Below are positions 51,926 through 61,490 of a stretch of 64,000 nt of DNA, one piece after another. Under the pieces are notes generated by a model. It was given only the letters and a program-made list of their open reading frames with translations, ran no database searches and had not been told where the DNA came from. Position 1 is the stretch's first letter. Each line of letters opens with the position of its first letter. This stretch comes from Thalassobaculaceae bacterium. GTDB taxonomy: Bacteria > Pseudomonadota > Alphaproteobacteria > Thalassobaculales > Thalassobaculaceae. Where the stretch lies: assembly GCA_965228875.1 (NCBI GenBank), contig OZ245843.1:3392616-3456615 (forward strand). The letters are read 5' to 3'. The position numbers and the translations under genes are program-made.

Positions 51926-52120
51926 CCCAAGTCCTCCCGTTGCGACAGCCGGATCGACGCACCGCACGCCGGCTGATCTTTGACGTTGTGCCGTATTGTA
52001 CTGCATTCAAGCCAGGGAATTCACCGCGCTTCGGCACGAGTGCTTTGCGGCGGACCGACCGGCGCCGGCAGCACGCGCAACAGCACGCGCGGCGCCTTGG
52101 CGCTCGCGGCCTTCATCGGC

Positions 52121-52148
52121 TTGGCAACGATTGTCATGGCAACTATAT
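52121..52148. promoter_or_regulatory. MarR/SlyA-type operator candidate
   Basis: Overlapping near-palindromes TGGCAA-cga-TTGTCA and TTGTCATGGCAA just upstream of marR. Confidence 0.55.
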
Positions 52149-52156
52149 TCGGCGCC

Positions 52157-52639
52157 ATGCAACGCACGGACCTGCATCGGAACTTCGGGTTCCTGATCCA
52201 CGACATCGCCCGGCTGATGCGGGTGGCCTTCGACCGGCGCGGCAAGGAGCTTGGCCTGACGCGATCCCAATGGTGGGTGCTGACGGCGCTCTACGCCAAG
52301 GAGGGCATGGCGCAGTCCGAACTCGCGGCTTTCATGGAGCTGGAGAAGGCGACTCTCGGCCGGCTCCTCGACCGGCTCGAGGACAAGGGCTGGGTCGAGC
52401 GTCGGCCGGACAGGACCGACCGCCGGATCAAGCGGGTCTTCCTCACCGAGAAGGTGCAGGAGCTGATGCTCGAGCTGCGCGGCATCGCCGCCGACATCCG
52501 CAGCGACGCCATCAAGGGGCTGTCGCGCGAAGAGCTCGAGACCTTCATCGACACCCTTCTTCGGATCAAGACGAACCTGCACGCCTTCGACGTGCTCGCG
52601 TCGCCCTCGGGCGCGCAGATGGAGGCGGCGGATGACTGA
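52157..52639 (+). CDS. MarR-family transcriptional regulator
   Basis: GLTRSQW, QSELA, LDRLEDKGWVER, DRR motif. Confidence 0.93.
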   Translation: MQRTDLHRNFGFLIHDIARLMRVAFDRRGKELGLTRSQWWVLTALYAKEGMAQSELAAFMELEKATLGRLLDRLEDKGWVERRPDRTDRRIKRVFLTEKVQELMLELRGIAADIRSDAIKGLSREELETFIDTLLRIKTNLHAFDVLASPSGAQMEAADD

Positions 52640-53801
52640 CGACGCGAACAAGTCGCAGGCCGCCCGCCCCATGGTGCCCAGCGAGGACGGCCCGATCGCC
52701 CCGCATGCCGGCCGGCCGAGACGCCGGCGCGGCCGCTGGCTCAAGCGCCTTGTGCTGCTGGTGTTGATCCCGGTCGCGGCGATCCTGGGCGCGTCCTATC
52801 TCTACGCGGTGACCGGACGCTACGTGACCACCGAGAACGCCTATGTGAAGGCGCATATCATCGCCGTCTCCACCGACATCGACGGCCGGGTGAGCGAGGT
52901 CTTCATCACCAACGACCAGCGGGTGAAGCAGGGTGAGCTGCTGTTCCGCCTCGACCCGGATCCGCACTGGCTGGCGCTCAAGTCGGCCGAAGCACGGATG
53001 CTGTCGGTGCGCCAGGAGGTCGAGGCCACCCGCGCCGAGTTCCATCAGGTCCAGGCCGAGATCGACGAGGCGCGCGAGACCGTCGCCTATTACGAGCGCG
53101 AGGCCGAGCGCCAGCGCAAGCTGAGCAAGAGCGGCGTGACCACCGCCGCCAGGCTGGACGAGGCCGAGTTCGAGGTCGCCTCGGCCCGCCAGCGGGTGCG
53201 GGCCCTGCGGGAGAAGGTTCGCACCGTCCTGGCCGAGCTGGGCGGCGACCCGGAACGGGCGGTCGAGCTGCAGCCGAAATACATCGAGGCCCAGACCGCG
53301 CGCGAGATCGCCGAGCTGCATCTCGGCTACACCGAGGTCCGCGCGCCCGCCGACGGCATCGTCACCCAGGTCAACCTGGAACCGGGCGAGTGGCTGGAGG
53401 AGGGCGATCCGGCCTTCGGCCTGATCGAGGTCGACGATACCTGGGTGGTGGCCAACCTGAAGGAGACCCAGCTCACCCATGTCCGCGAGGGTCAGCTCGT
53501 CGAGGTCGGGATCGACGCCTATCCGGACGTCACCTGGCAGGCGCGGATCACCTCGATCGCGCCGGCCACCGGCGCCGAGTTCGCGGTGCTGCCGCCGCAG
53601 AACGCCTCCGGCAACTGGGTCAAGGTGGTGCAGCGCGTCCCGGTGCGCATCGACCTGGAGAAGGCCGAGGGCCGGCCGGCCCTCCGTGCCGGCATGACCG
53701 CCTCGATCTCGATCGACACCGAGCGCGAGCGGGAGTTGCTGACCACGGTGCGGGAGTCGATCGCCGCCCTGCGCGCACCCGGCACCGATTCGCCCCAATA
53801 G
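52632..53801 (+). CDS. EmrA/HlyD-family membrane fusion protein
   Basis: TENAYV, VRAPADG, ANLKETQL, LPPQNASGNWVKVVQRVPVRI. Confidence 0.93.
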   Translation: MTDDANKSQAARPMVPSEDGPIAPHAGRPRRRRGRWLKRLVLLVLIPVAAILGASYLYAVTGRYVTTENAYVKAHIIAVSTDIDGRVSEVFITNDQRVKQGELLFRLDPDPHWLALKSAEARMLSVRQEVEATRAEFHQVQAEIDEARETVAYYEREAERQRKLSKSGVTTAARLDEAEFEVASARQRVRALREKVRTVLAELGGDPERAVELQPKYIEAQTAREIAELHLGYTEVRAPADGIVTQVNLEPGEWLEEGDPAFGLIEVDDTWVVANLKETQLTHVREGQLVEVGIDAYPDVTWQARITSIAPATGAEFAVLPPQNASGNWVKVVQRVPVRIDLEKAEGRPALRAGMTASISIDTERERELLTTVRESIAALRAPGTDSPQ

Positions 53802-53888
53802 GGCGGACCTTCGGGCCGACCGCCACTCCGGCCGCCAAGCACGCCGCCAAGCCTGCTGCCGACCGCGTCGCGGCTCCGACCCGCGCCG

Positions 53889-53906
53889 GCGTCACTCAAC
53901 CGTCAT
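53889..53906 (+). promoter_or_regulatory. Pho-box candidate
   Basis: GCGTCAC-tcaa-CCGTCAT, 11-bp period, 55 bp upstream of an alkaline-phosphatase-superfamily gene. Confidence 0.5.
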
Positions 53907-53961
53907 CAGGCTGGTGTAGTAGGATGCAGCATCTCGCCGTTCGCCTTCCCGGAGTGTCCGC

Positions 53962-55422
53962 ATGCCCCCCCAGAAGATTCTGGTCGTCGTCTTCGACGGC
54001 CTGCGTCCCGATCACGTCACCCCGAACCGCGCGCCGAACATCCACGGCTTCGCGACCGGCGGCGTTTGGATGCGGAACACCGCCTCGGCCTTCCCGAGCG
54101 AGACCCGGGTCCAGGTGACGACCGCGATGACCGGCCATCCGCCGGTCGGCCACGGCATCATGGCCAACGCCTTTTACGATCCGGCGCTGGGATTCTCCTC
54201 GCCGATGGACACGTCGGACGACGCCCGCATGCGGGCCGCCGACCGCGCCTATGGCCGGCTGATCGGCGCGACGCATCTGAGCGAGATCCTGTGGGGTGCC
54301 GGCCGCAAGTTTGCCGCGGTCACCACCGGCAAGGTCGGCAACGCCCGCCTGCTCGCCGGTCGCGCGCCGGAGCTGGATCAGCCGGTCCTGTCGATCTGGG
54401 GCGACGCGATCTCGACCCCGGCCGCCGCCTACAACCGGGTGGTCCAGCGGTTCGGCCCGGTACCGGAGCAGACCTTCCCGAACACCGGCGTCGCCGACTG
54501 GGCGGTCACGGTGCTGCTGGACCACGTGATCCCGGACCACGCTCCGGACGCCTGCGTCCTGTGGCTGAACGAGCCCGACCTCTCCTATCATTACCGTGGT
54601 CTTGCCAGCGGCGATTCCGAGAGCGCGATCGGCGCCGTGGATGCCGGCTTTGGGCGCATCCTCGACTGGTGGCGCGCCGAGGGGCGCGACGCCGGGTGGA
54701 ACATCCTGGCCATGTCGGACCACGGGCACGTCACCGTCGAGGGCCAGATGGACGTGGCCGCGGCCCTGGCTGCCGAGGGTCTGGCCGTCGGCAAGGCGCT
54801 GGGGCCGGATGTCGACTACGCCCTGAAGCCGGGCTACTCCGCCCATATCGCCGTGCGCGACCGCGATCCGGCCCGGATCGACCGGCTGGTCGAGATCCTG
54901 CGGGCGCAGGAGTGGTGCGGCCCGATCCTGACCCGGCGGGCGCCCCGCGACGACGGCGCCCTGCCGCTGTCCACGGTCAACTGGAACCATCGCCGCGCCG
55001 CCGACGTCGCCTTCACCCTGCGGGCCTGGGACAGGGACAGCGAGGGCGGTCTGCCGGGGGTGATTCTGGCCGACAATCCGGACATTCCGCTGGGCGGCGG
55101 CCTGCATGGCGGGCTCCACCTGAAGGAGCTGAACCATTGCCTGTTCCTGGGCGGAAACGCCTTCCGCCGGGGCGTCGAGATCGCCACGCCAAGCGGCACG
55201 GTCGACGTGGCGCCGACCGTTCTGAAGACCCTGGGCCTGCCGCCGCACCCGCTGATGGCCGGCCGGGCGATCGAGGAGGCGTTCGCCGTCGGCGACCCCG
55301 CGCCCGAGGTGGTCGAGCGGACCCACGAGGCCGGCGCCGGCGGTTACGCCCAGAAGATCGTCACCGCCGACGTGGCCGGCGCCAAGCGTCCGTATCTCCG
55401 CTGGGGGATGCGCACCGCCTGA
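53962..55422 (+). CDS. Alkaline phosphatase superfamily (NPP/phosphodiesterase-like) protein
   Basis: FDGLRPD, PSET nucleophile Thr, EPD..YH, SDHG, HGG metal motifs; no signal peptide. Confidence 0.85.
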   Translation: MPPQKILVVVFDGLRPDHVTPNRAPNIHGFATGGVWMRNTASAFPSETRVQVTTAMTGHPPVGHGIMANAFYDPALGFSSPMDTSDDARMRAADRAYGRLIGATHLSEILWGAGRKFAAVTTGKVGNARLLAGRAPELDQPVLSIWGDAISTPAAAYNRVVQRFGPVPEQTFPNTGVADWAVTVLLDHVIPDHAPDACVLWLNEPDLSYHYRGLASGDSESAIGAVDAGFGRILDWWRAEGRDAGWNILAMSDHGHVTVEGQMDVAAALAAEGLAVGKALGPDVDYALKPGYSAHIAVRDRDPARIDRLVEILRAQEWCGPILTRRAPRDDGALPLSTVNWNHRRAADVAFTLRAWDRDSEGGLPGVILADNPDIPLGGGLHGGLHLKELNHCLFLGGNAFRRGVEIATPSGTVDVAPTVLKTLGLPPHPLMAGRAIEEAFAVGDPAPEVVERTHEAGAGGYAQKIVTADVAGAKRPYLRWGMRTA

Positions 55423-55442
55423 TCCGCCCTATCTCTCGCCCC

Positions 55443-56300
55443 ATGCGCCTGCTGCTGTTCGCTCTGCTTCTGCTGCTTCCCTGTCTGCCGGTATCGGCCG
55501 GAAGCTGGATCCGCGACGGGGCCGCCGCGCCGCGCGCGACCCTGGACGCGGAGCTGGCCGCCGCCGAGTTCGTCCTGCTCGGCGAGACCCACGACAACCC
55601 GCACCACCATGCGGCCCAGGCCGCCCTCCTCCGGGCCATGGTGGCGGCCGGACGGCGGCCCGCGGTGGTCTGGGAGATGGTCCGCCGCGACCGGCAGGAC
55701 GCCGTCGACGCCTGGGCCGCCGGCCCGCGCGCCACGGACCCCGATGCCTTCGCACAGGCCGTGGACTGGGCGGGCAGCGGCTGGCCGGACTTCGCCCTGT
55801 ACCGGCCGATCGTCGCGGCGGCCGCCGAGGCGGGCCTGTCCATGATCGCCGGAGGGCTCGAAGGATCCGCGACCCGACTCGTCGCCGGCGGCGGGCTCGC
55901 CGCCCTGACCGGCGACCGGATCGAGAGCTGGGGCCTCGCCCAGCCGTTGCCCGACGCCGCCGTCGCCGCTCACCTGGAGGCGGTCTTCGACGGCCATTGC
56001 CGGCTGGTTCCGCGCGACCGGCTCGGCCCGATGGTGGACGTCCAGGCGGCGCGCGACGCCTCGATGGCCGCAGCCATGCTCGGCCACCCGGACGGCGCGG
56101 TGCTGATCGCCGGACGCGGCCACGTCCGCGAGGACATCGGCGTCCCGCTGTTCCTGCGCCGCCTCGCCCCCGGCGAGACGGTCCTTACTGTCGGGAAGAC
56201 CGAGGGCGGGACCGGCGGGCCGTTCGACTGGACCCGCGCCTTCCCGGCCCCGGACCGCGCGGATCCCTGCGACGGATTGCGCCGCCACCTGGGCCGATGA
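55443..56300 (+). CDS. ChaN-family (PhuW-like) exported protein
   Basis: VLLGETHDNP.HH, WEM, Q.ARD..MA, LIAG.GH; signal peptide. Confidence 0.8.
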   Translation: MRLLLFALLLLLPCLPVSAGSWIRDGAAAPRATLDAELAAAEFVLLGETHDNPHHHAAQAALLRAMVAAGRRPAVVWEMVRRDRQDAVDAWAAGPRATDPDAFAQAVDWAGSGWPDFALYRPIVAAAAEAGLSMIAGGLEGSATRLVAGGGLAALTGDRIESWGLAQPLPDAAVAAHLEAVFDGHCRLVPRDRLGPMVDVQAARDASMAAAMLGHPDGAVLIAGRGHVREDIGVPLFLRRLAPGETVLTVGKTEGGTGGPFDWTRAFPAPDRADPCDGLRRHLGR

Positions 56301-56435
56301 CGCCTTCTTCGACCTCTCCCCGAACCCGGCGGGTCCTTTCGTTTCGACGAGCGCCCAACAATTACCCGTTTTGCGATAATCGCGCGACCTGTGCTAGCAT
56401 TAATTCCGGGGCATGGGGAGAAAGGCAGGACGGCC

Positions 56436-56972
56436 ATGCAATCCTATCGCGCGCCACATGTGCCTATGTGGTTCAAGGCTGAGGAGATCGGTCCGGACGG
56501 TCTCGACCCGGGATCACCCGTCCAGTTGGCGAGCGACTACTGGACATCCCTCCGGCGCGACGGCCAGATCCCCGCACGGTCGGCGATCGATCCGCTCGAC
56601 CTGGGCCCCAGGGTCCTGCCGTGGCTGTTCATCGTCGACGTTCTGAAAGACACCGTACCCATGGATTACCGCTTCCGGCTTGTCGGCGCGGGAAACGCCA
56701 GGCTTGTCGGTCGGAACGCCACGGGCCGGCTGATCAGCGAGATCTTCGAGCAGCGTGATACTGCGATCGTCCCGGAGACCTTCGACCGTACCGTCGCGGC
56801 GGGCGAGCCGACGTTCTGGCGTGCCGTCGTGCCGCACGATCGTGTCGGCGCCGTCGAGATCCTGCGCGGCCTCTTCCCCCTCGCCGGCAACGGTCGGGAC
56901 ATCGACGGTCTGCTCGGGTGCGCGGTCCCCGTCGAGACCGAACAGTTCGTTCGGGCCGCGGCCGGCGACTGA
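56436..56972 (+). CDS. Stand-alone PAS-domain (PAS_5-like) protein
   Basis: YW..LR....P.R..IDP.DL...LP......V.....YRFRLVG......G....G pattern. Confidence 0.78.
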   Translation: MQSYRAPHVPMWFKAEEIGPDGLDPGSPVQLASDYWTSLRRDGQIPARSAIDPLDLGPRVLPWLFIVDVLKDTVPMDYRFRLVGAGNARLVGRNATGRLISEIFEQRDTAIVPETFDRTVAAGEPTFWRAVVPHDRVGAVEILRGLFPLAGNGRDIDGLLGCAVPVETEQFVRAAAGD

Positions 56973-57152
56973 CGGCTGGCACCTGACCGCCGGCAGCTGG
57001 CGATCAGGGCCCGCTTGCGCCGGGTCCCGGATTCCTGTATGTCCCCGCCTTCCCGTTCCGGCCCCGTGCCGGATGCGGGCCGTCGCGTCTGGGCGAAAAG
57101 GGCTGCCCGGCCGACGCGAAGTCGACAACGTCGAGAGTAAAGGAGCGACAAA

Positions 57153-57350
57153 ATGCCCAAGATGAAGACGAAAAGCAGCGTCAAAGGCCGCTTTCGCGTG
57201 ACGGGGTCCGGAAAGATCAAGGGCAACGTTGCCTACAAGCGCCACATGCTGCGCCGCCGTTCCCAGAAGATGAAGCGTCAGGCCCGTGGGACCTTCGTGA
57301 TGGCCGAGGCCGATCAGAAGATCGTCAAGCGGTTCATGCCGTACAGCTGA
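57153..57350 (+). CDS. rpmI: 50S ribosomal protein L35
   Basis: [26 protein letters not shown]. Confidence 0.98.
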   Translation: MPKMKTKSSVKGRFRVTGSGKIKGNVAYKRHMLRRRSQKMKRQARGTFVMAEADQKIVKRFMPYS

Positions 57351-57363
57351 GGAGAGCGGACAC

Positions 57364-57723
57364 ATGGCACGAGTTAAGCGGGGCACCACTGCGCACGCCC
57401 GCCACAAGAAGGTCACCGACGCCGCCAAGGGTTACTACGGCCGGCGCAAGAACGTCTTCCGCGTCGCCGTCCAGGCGGTCGAGAAGGGCCAGCAGTACGC
57501 CTACCGGGATCGCCGGGCCCGCAAGCGCGACTTCCGCGCGCTGTGGATCCAGCGCATCAACGCCGGCGTGCGCCAGTACGGCATGACCTATTCGCGATTT
57601 ATGAACGGGCTGAAGCTCGCCGGCATCGAGCTCGACCGCAAGGTCCTGTCCGATCTGGCGATCCACGAGCCCGATGCGTTCAAGAACATCGTCGATCAGG
57701 CCGAGGCCGCGCTGAAGGGCTGA
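57364..57723 (+). CDS. rplT: 50S ribosomal protein L20
   Basis: [30 protein letters not shown]. Confidence 0.98.
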   Translation: MARVKRGTTAHARHKKVTDAAKGYYGRRKNVFRVAVQAVEKGQQYAYRDRRARKRDFRALWIQRINAGVRQYGMTYSRFMNGLKLAGIELDRKVLSDLAIHEPDAFKNIVDQAEAALKG

Positions 57724-57755
57724 GCCCCTTCCCCAGGCGGACCAGAGAACACCCC

Positions 57756-57788
57756 AAGGGCCGGTCGTACGATCGGCCCTTTTCGTTT
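57756..57788 (+). terminator. Intrinsic terminator after rplT
   Basis: AAGGGCCGGTCG-ta-CGATCGGCCCTT followed by T-rich tail. Confidence 0.8.
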
Positions 57789-57885
57789 GTCCGCAGGCAG
57801 GCGGACACCCCGCAACCCGGGGGTCGCAAAAGCCGGACCGACCGGCTAAAACGGCGCCCACCCGTCGGGAAACAGGCACGGACAC

Positions 57886-58956
57886 ATGGCAAACGTCGAA
57901 GCATTGCAGGCCGAGCTGCTGGCCGAGGTCGCGGGCGCGGCCGACCTGGACGCCCTGGAGCAGGTGCGGATCGCCGCGCTCGGCAAGAAGGGCCGCATCA
58001 CCGCCGAGATGAAGACCCTGGGCGGCCTGGATCCGGAGGCGCGAAAGCAGACCGGTCAGGCGCTGAACCGGGTCAAGGACGCGGTCGCGGGCGCCCTTGA
58101 GGCGCGCAAGGCCGACTTGGCCGCCGCCGCCCTGGACGCGCGGCTGGCCGACGAACGCATCGATGTCTCGCTGCCGGTGCGCCCGGAGATGAAGGGCCGG
58201 ATCCACCCGATCACCCAGACCATCGACGAACTCACCGCGATCTTCGCCGAGATGGGGTTCACCGTCGCCGAGGGACCGGACATCGAGAGCGACTACTACA
58301 ATTTCGAGGCGCTCAACTTCCCGCCGGACCACCCGGCGCGCCAGGATCACGACACGTTCTACATGACGCCGGACGCCGACGGCGTGCGCAAGGTTCTGCG
58401 CACTCACACCAGCCCGGTGCAGATCCGCCACATGGAGAAGAATGCGCCGCCGATACGCATCATCGTGCCGGGGCGTACCTTCCGCTCCGATCATGACGCC
58501 ACCCATTCGCCGATGTTCCATCAGGTCGAGGGTCTGGTGATCGACAAGACCACCCATATGGGTCACCTCAAGGGGTGCCTGACGGATTTCTGCCGCGCCT
58601 TCTTCGGCATCGACGACCTGCCCCTGCGCTTCCGGCCGTCCTACTTCCCGTTCACCGAGCCGTCCGCCGAGGTCGATATCGGCTGCTCGCGCGCCGGTGG
58701 CGAACTGAAGATCGGCAACCACGGCGACTGGCTGGAGATTCTCGGCTCCGGCATGGTGCACCCGAACGTTCTGCGCTACGCCGGCATCGACCCCAACGAG
58801 TACCAGGGCTTCGCCTTCGGCATGGGGATCGAGCGCATCGCCATGCTGAAATACGGCATTCCAGACCTGCGCCCGTTCTACGACAGCGACCTGCGCTGGA
58901 TGCGGCACTACGGGTTCATGCCGCTGGCGCAATCGACCATCGCCGGAGGGATCTGA
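57886..58956 (+). CDS. pheS: Phenylalanine-tRNA ligase alpha subunit
   Basis: [39 protein letters not shown]. Confidence 0.98.
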   Translation: MANVEALQAELLAEVAGAADLDALEQVRIAALGKKGRITAEMKTLGGLDPEARKQTGQALNRVKDAVAGALEARKADLAAAALDARLADERIDVSLPVRPEMKGRIHPITQTIDELTAIFAEMGFTVAEGPDIESDYYNFEALNFPPDHPARQDHDTFYMTPDADGVRKVLRTHTSPVQIRHMEKNAPPIRIIVPGRTFRSDHDATHSPMFHQVEGLVIDKTTHMGHLKGCLTDFCRAFFGIDDLPLRFRPSYFPFTEPSAEVDIGCSRAGGELKIGNHGDWLEILGSGMVHPNVLRYAGIDPNEYQGFAFGMGIERIAMLKYGIPDLRPFYDSDLRWMRHYGFMPLAQSTIAGGI

Positions 58957-58959
58957 GCC

Positions 58960-61359
58960 ATGAAGTTCACCCTGTCCTGGCTGAAGGACCACCTGGAGAC
59001 CGACGCCTCCCTCCAGGAGATCACCGACCGGCTGACCATGCTCGGGCTCGAGCTCGAGGGGGTCGAGGACCGCGCCGCCGCGTTCGCGCCGTTCCGCGTC
59101 GCCCATGTGGTCGAGGCGGTCCAGCATCCGAACGCCGACCGGCTTCGGGTCTGCAAGGTGGACGCCGGCGACGGCATCGTCCAGGTGGTCTGCGGCGCGC
59201 CGAACGCCCGCACCGGCATGAAGGGGGTGTTCGCCCCGGCCGGCAGCTACGTTCCCGGCACCGACCTGCTGCTCAAGCCCGGCAAGATCCGCGGCGAGGA
59301 GAGCAACGGCATGCTGCTGTCCGAGCGCGAGCTCGGCCTGAGCGACGACCATGACGGCATCATCGACCTGCCGGACGACGCGCCGGTCGGCCAGGGGTAC
59401 GCCCGGTATGCCGGGCTCGACGACCCGATCATCGACATCGCCATCACCCCGGACCGGGCCGACTGCCTCGGCGTGCGCGGCATCGCCCGCGACCTCGCCG
59501 CGTCGGGGCTCGGCACCCTCAAGCCGCTGGACACCTCGCCGGTCCCCGGCAGTTTCGAGAGCCCGCTCAGGTTCGTCGTCGACCTGCCGGACGACCGCAA
59601 ACACCTTTGTCCGGTGGTCAGCGGCCGGTATTTCCGCGGCGTGAAGAACGGCCCGTCCCCCGCCTGGATGCAGGAGCGGCTCCGCGCCGTCGGCCTGCGG
59701 CCGATCTCGGCGCTGGTCGACATCACCAACTACGTCATGCTCGACGTCGGCCGCCCGCTTCACGCCTACGACGCCAAGAAGCTGCACGGCAACCCGACCG
59801 TCCGCCTCGCCCGCGCCGGCGAGAGCTACCTGGCACTGAACGGCAAGGAGTACACCTTCGAGGACGGCATGCTGGTGATCGGCGACGCCAACGGCGTCGA
59901 CGATCTGGCCGGCATCATGGGCGGCGAGCGCACCGGGGTCGACGACGACACGACCGACATGTTCCTCGAGGTCGCCATCTTCGACACCAACTCCGTCGCC
60001 GCGACCGGGCGCAAGCTCGGCGTGCTGTCCGACGCCCGGTTCCGCTTCGAGCGCGGTCTCGACCAGACCGGTCCGTGGTGGGGTGCCGAGGTGGCGGCGC
60101 GACTGGTGCTGGAACTGTGCGGCGGGGAGGCCAGCGAGGTGGTGGTCACCGGCGGCGAGTCCGGCTGGCGCCGCAAGCTGCCGCTGCGGCACTCGCGCAT
60201 CAAGGCGCTGTGCGGCGTCGAGGTCGAGGAAGCGGAGGCCGTGCGCATCCTCACCACCCTCGGCTTCGAGGTCGAGGGCTCCGGCGAGACCATGAGCGTC
60301 ACCCCGCCGCCGTGGCGCGGCGACGTCGAGGGCGAGGCCGACCTTGTCGAGGAGGTGGTCCGGGTCAACGGCTACGACCGGATCGAGCCGGTCTCGCTCG
60401 ACCGCGTGAGCGTCGTGCCCCAGCCGGCGCTGACCGCCGGACAGAACCGCCGCCGGCTCGCCAGGCGGGCGCTCGCCGGGCGCGGCATGATGGAGGCGGT
60501 GACGTTCTCCTTCCTGCCGGCCCGCCATGCCGAACTGTTCGGCGGCGGCGACGAGGCGCTGCGTCTGGTCAATCCGATCAGCGCCGACCTCGACGTCATG
60601 CGCCCGTCGATCCTGCCGAACCTGCTGGCCGCCGCGGCGCGCAACGCCAACCAGGGCTATCCCGACATCGCCCTGTTTGAGGTCGGCCCGGAATACGCCG
60701 GCGACCGGCCGGAGGACCAGGCCCAGGTCGCCGTCGGCCTGCGCGTCGGACGCACCGGCGCGCGCGACTGGCGCAAGGCCGACCGACCGGTCGATCTGTT
60801 CGACGCCAAGGCCGACGCCCTGGACCTGCTGGAGGTGTTGGAAGCGCCGACCGCCAACCTCCAGGTCTCGGCCGACGCGCCGGACTGGTACCATCCGGGA
60901 CGGTCCGGCTGTCTGCGCCTCGGCCCGAAGGTGATGGCCCGGTTCGGCGAACTGCACCCGCGCATCGTCGCCGCCTTCGACATCAAGGGCCCGGCGGTGG
61001 CGTTCGAGGTGATGGTCGAGGCGGTGCCGCTGCCCAAGCGCAAGGGACCGCAGCGCCCGCTGCTGAACCGCATTCCGTTCCAGCCGGTGGCCCGCGACTT
61101 CGCCTTCGTCGTGGCCGGCGACGTACCCGCCGACAAGGTCGCCCGCGCGGCGGCCGGTGCCGACAAGGCGCTGATCGACGGGGTGCACGTGTTCGACGAG
61201 TACACCGGTCCCGGGCTCGAGGCCGGCCGCAAGTCAATCGCCGTCGAGGTCACCCTGCAGCCGCGCGACGCGACCCTGACCGACGAACAGATCGAGGCGG
61301 TCTCCGCCAGGATCGTCGCCGCGGTCGAGAAGCACACCGGCGGGGTGCTGCGCGGATAG
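58960..61359 (+). CDS. pheT: Phenylalanine-tRNA ligase beta subunit
   Basis: HPNADRL, VCGAPN, TPDRADC, VDITNY, RFERG, RDFAF. Confidence 0.98.
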   Translation: MKFTLSWLKDHLETDASLQEITDRLTMLGLELEGVEDRAAAFAPFRVAHVVEAVQHPNADRLRVCKVDAGDGIVQVVCGAPNARTGMKGVFAPAGSYVPGTDLLLKPGKIRGEESNGMLLSERELGLSDDHDGIIDLPDDAPVGQGYARYAGLDDPIIDIAITPDRADCLGVRGIARDLAASGLGTLKPLDTSPVPGSFESPLRFVVDLPDDRKHLCPVVSGRYFRGVKNGPSPAWMQERLRAVGLRPISALVDITNYVMLDVGRPLHAYDAKKLHGNPTVRLARAGESYLALNGKEYTFEDGMLVIGDANGVDDLAGIMGGERTGVDDDTTDMFLEVAIFDTNSVAATGRKLGVLSDARFRFERGLDQTGPWWGAEVAARLVLELCGGEASEVVVTGGESGWRRKLPLRHSRIKALCGVEVEEAEAVRILTTLGFEVEGSGETMSVTPPPWRGDVEGEADLVEEVVRVNGYDRIEPVSLDRVSVVPQPALTAGQNRRRLARRALAGRGMMEAVTFSFLPARHAELFGGGDEALRLVNPISADLDVMRPSILPNLLAAAARNANQGYPDIALFEVGPEYAGDRPEDQAQVAVGLRVGRTGARDWRKADRPVDLFDAKADALDLLEVLEAPTANLQVSADAPDWYHPGRSGCLRLGPKVMARFGELHPRIVAAFDIKGPAVAFEVMVEAVPLPKRKGPQRPLLNRIPFQPVARDFAFVVAGDVPADKVARAAAGADKALIDGVHVFDEYTGPGLEAGRKSIAVEVTLQPRDATLTDEQIEAVSARIVAAVEKHTGGVLRG

Positions 61360-61405
61360 AGCAGATCACGATCGGATGGAGACATCTGATCGTGTGAAGC
61401 TGCGC
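61357..61405 (+). repeat. Truncated double-hairpin repeat, copy 3 (first hairpin only)
   Basis: TAGAGCAGATCACGATCGGATGGAGACATCTGATCGTGTGAAGCTGCGC; begins with the pheT TAG stop. Confidence 0.85.
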
Positions 61406-61450
61406 GGTCTCCAGTGACACGGTCTTTGGTGGCTTGGTCTTTGGTGACTT
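61406..61450. repeat. 3 x 15-bp degenerate tandem repeat
   Basis: GGTCTCCAGTGACAC/GGTCTTTGGTGGCTT/GGTCTTTGGTGACTT. Confidence 0.7.
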
Positions 61451-61490
61451 GGAGGACGGCTGGCCGCGGCCGGACCACCTCCCGCCCGTG

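Noticed and set aside
57334..61188. 1284-aa minus-strand ORF
   Set aside because: Antisense shadow of rpmI-rplT-pheST; such ORFs are expected at this GC content and it has no recognisable motifs
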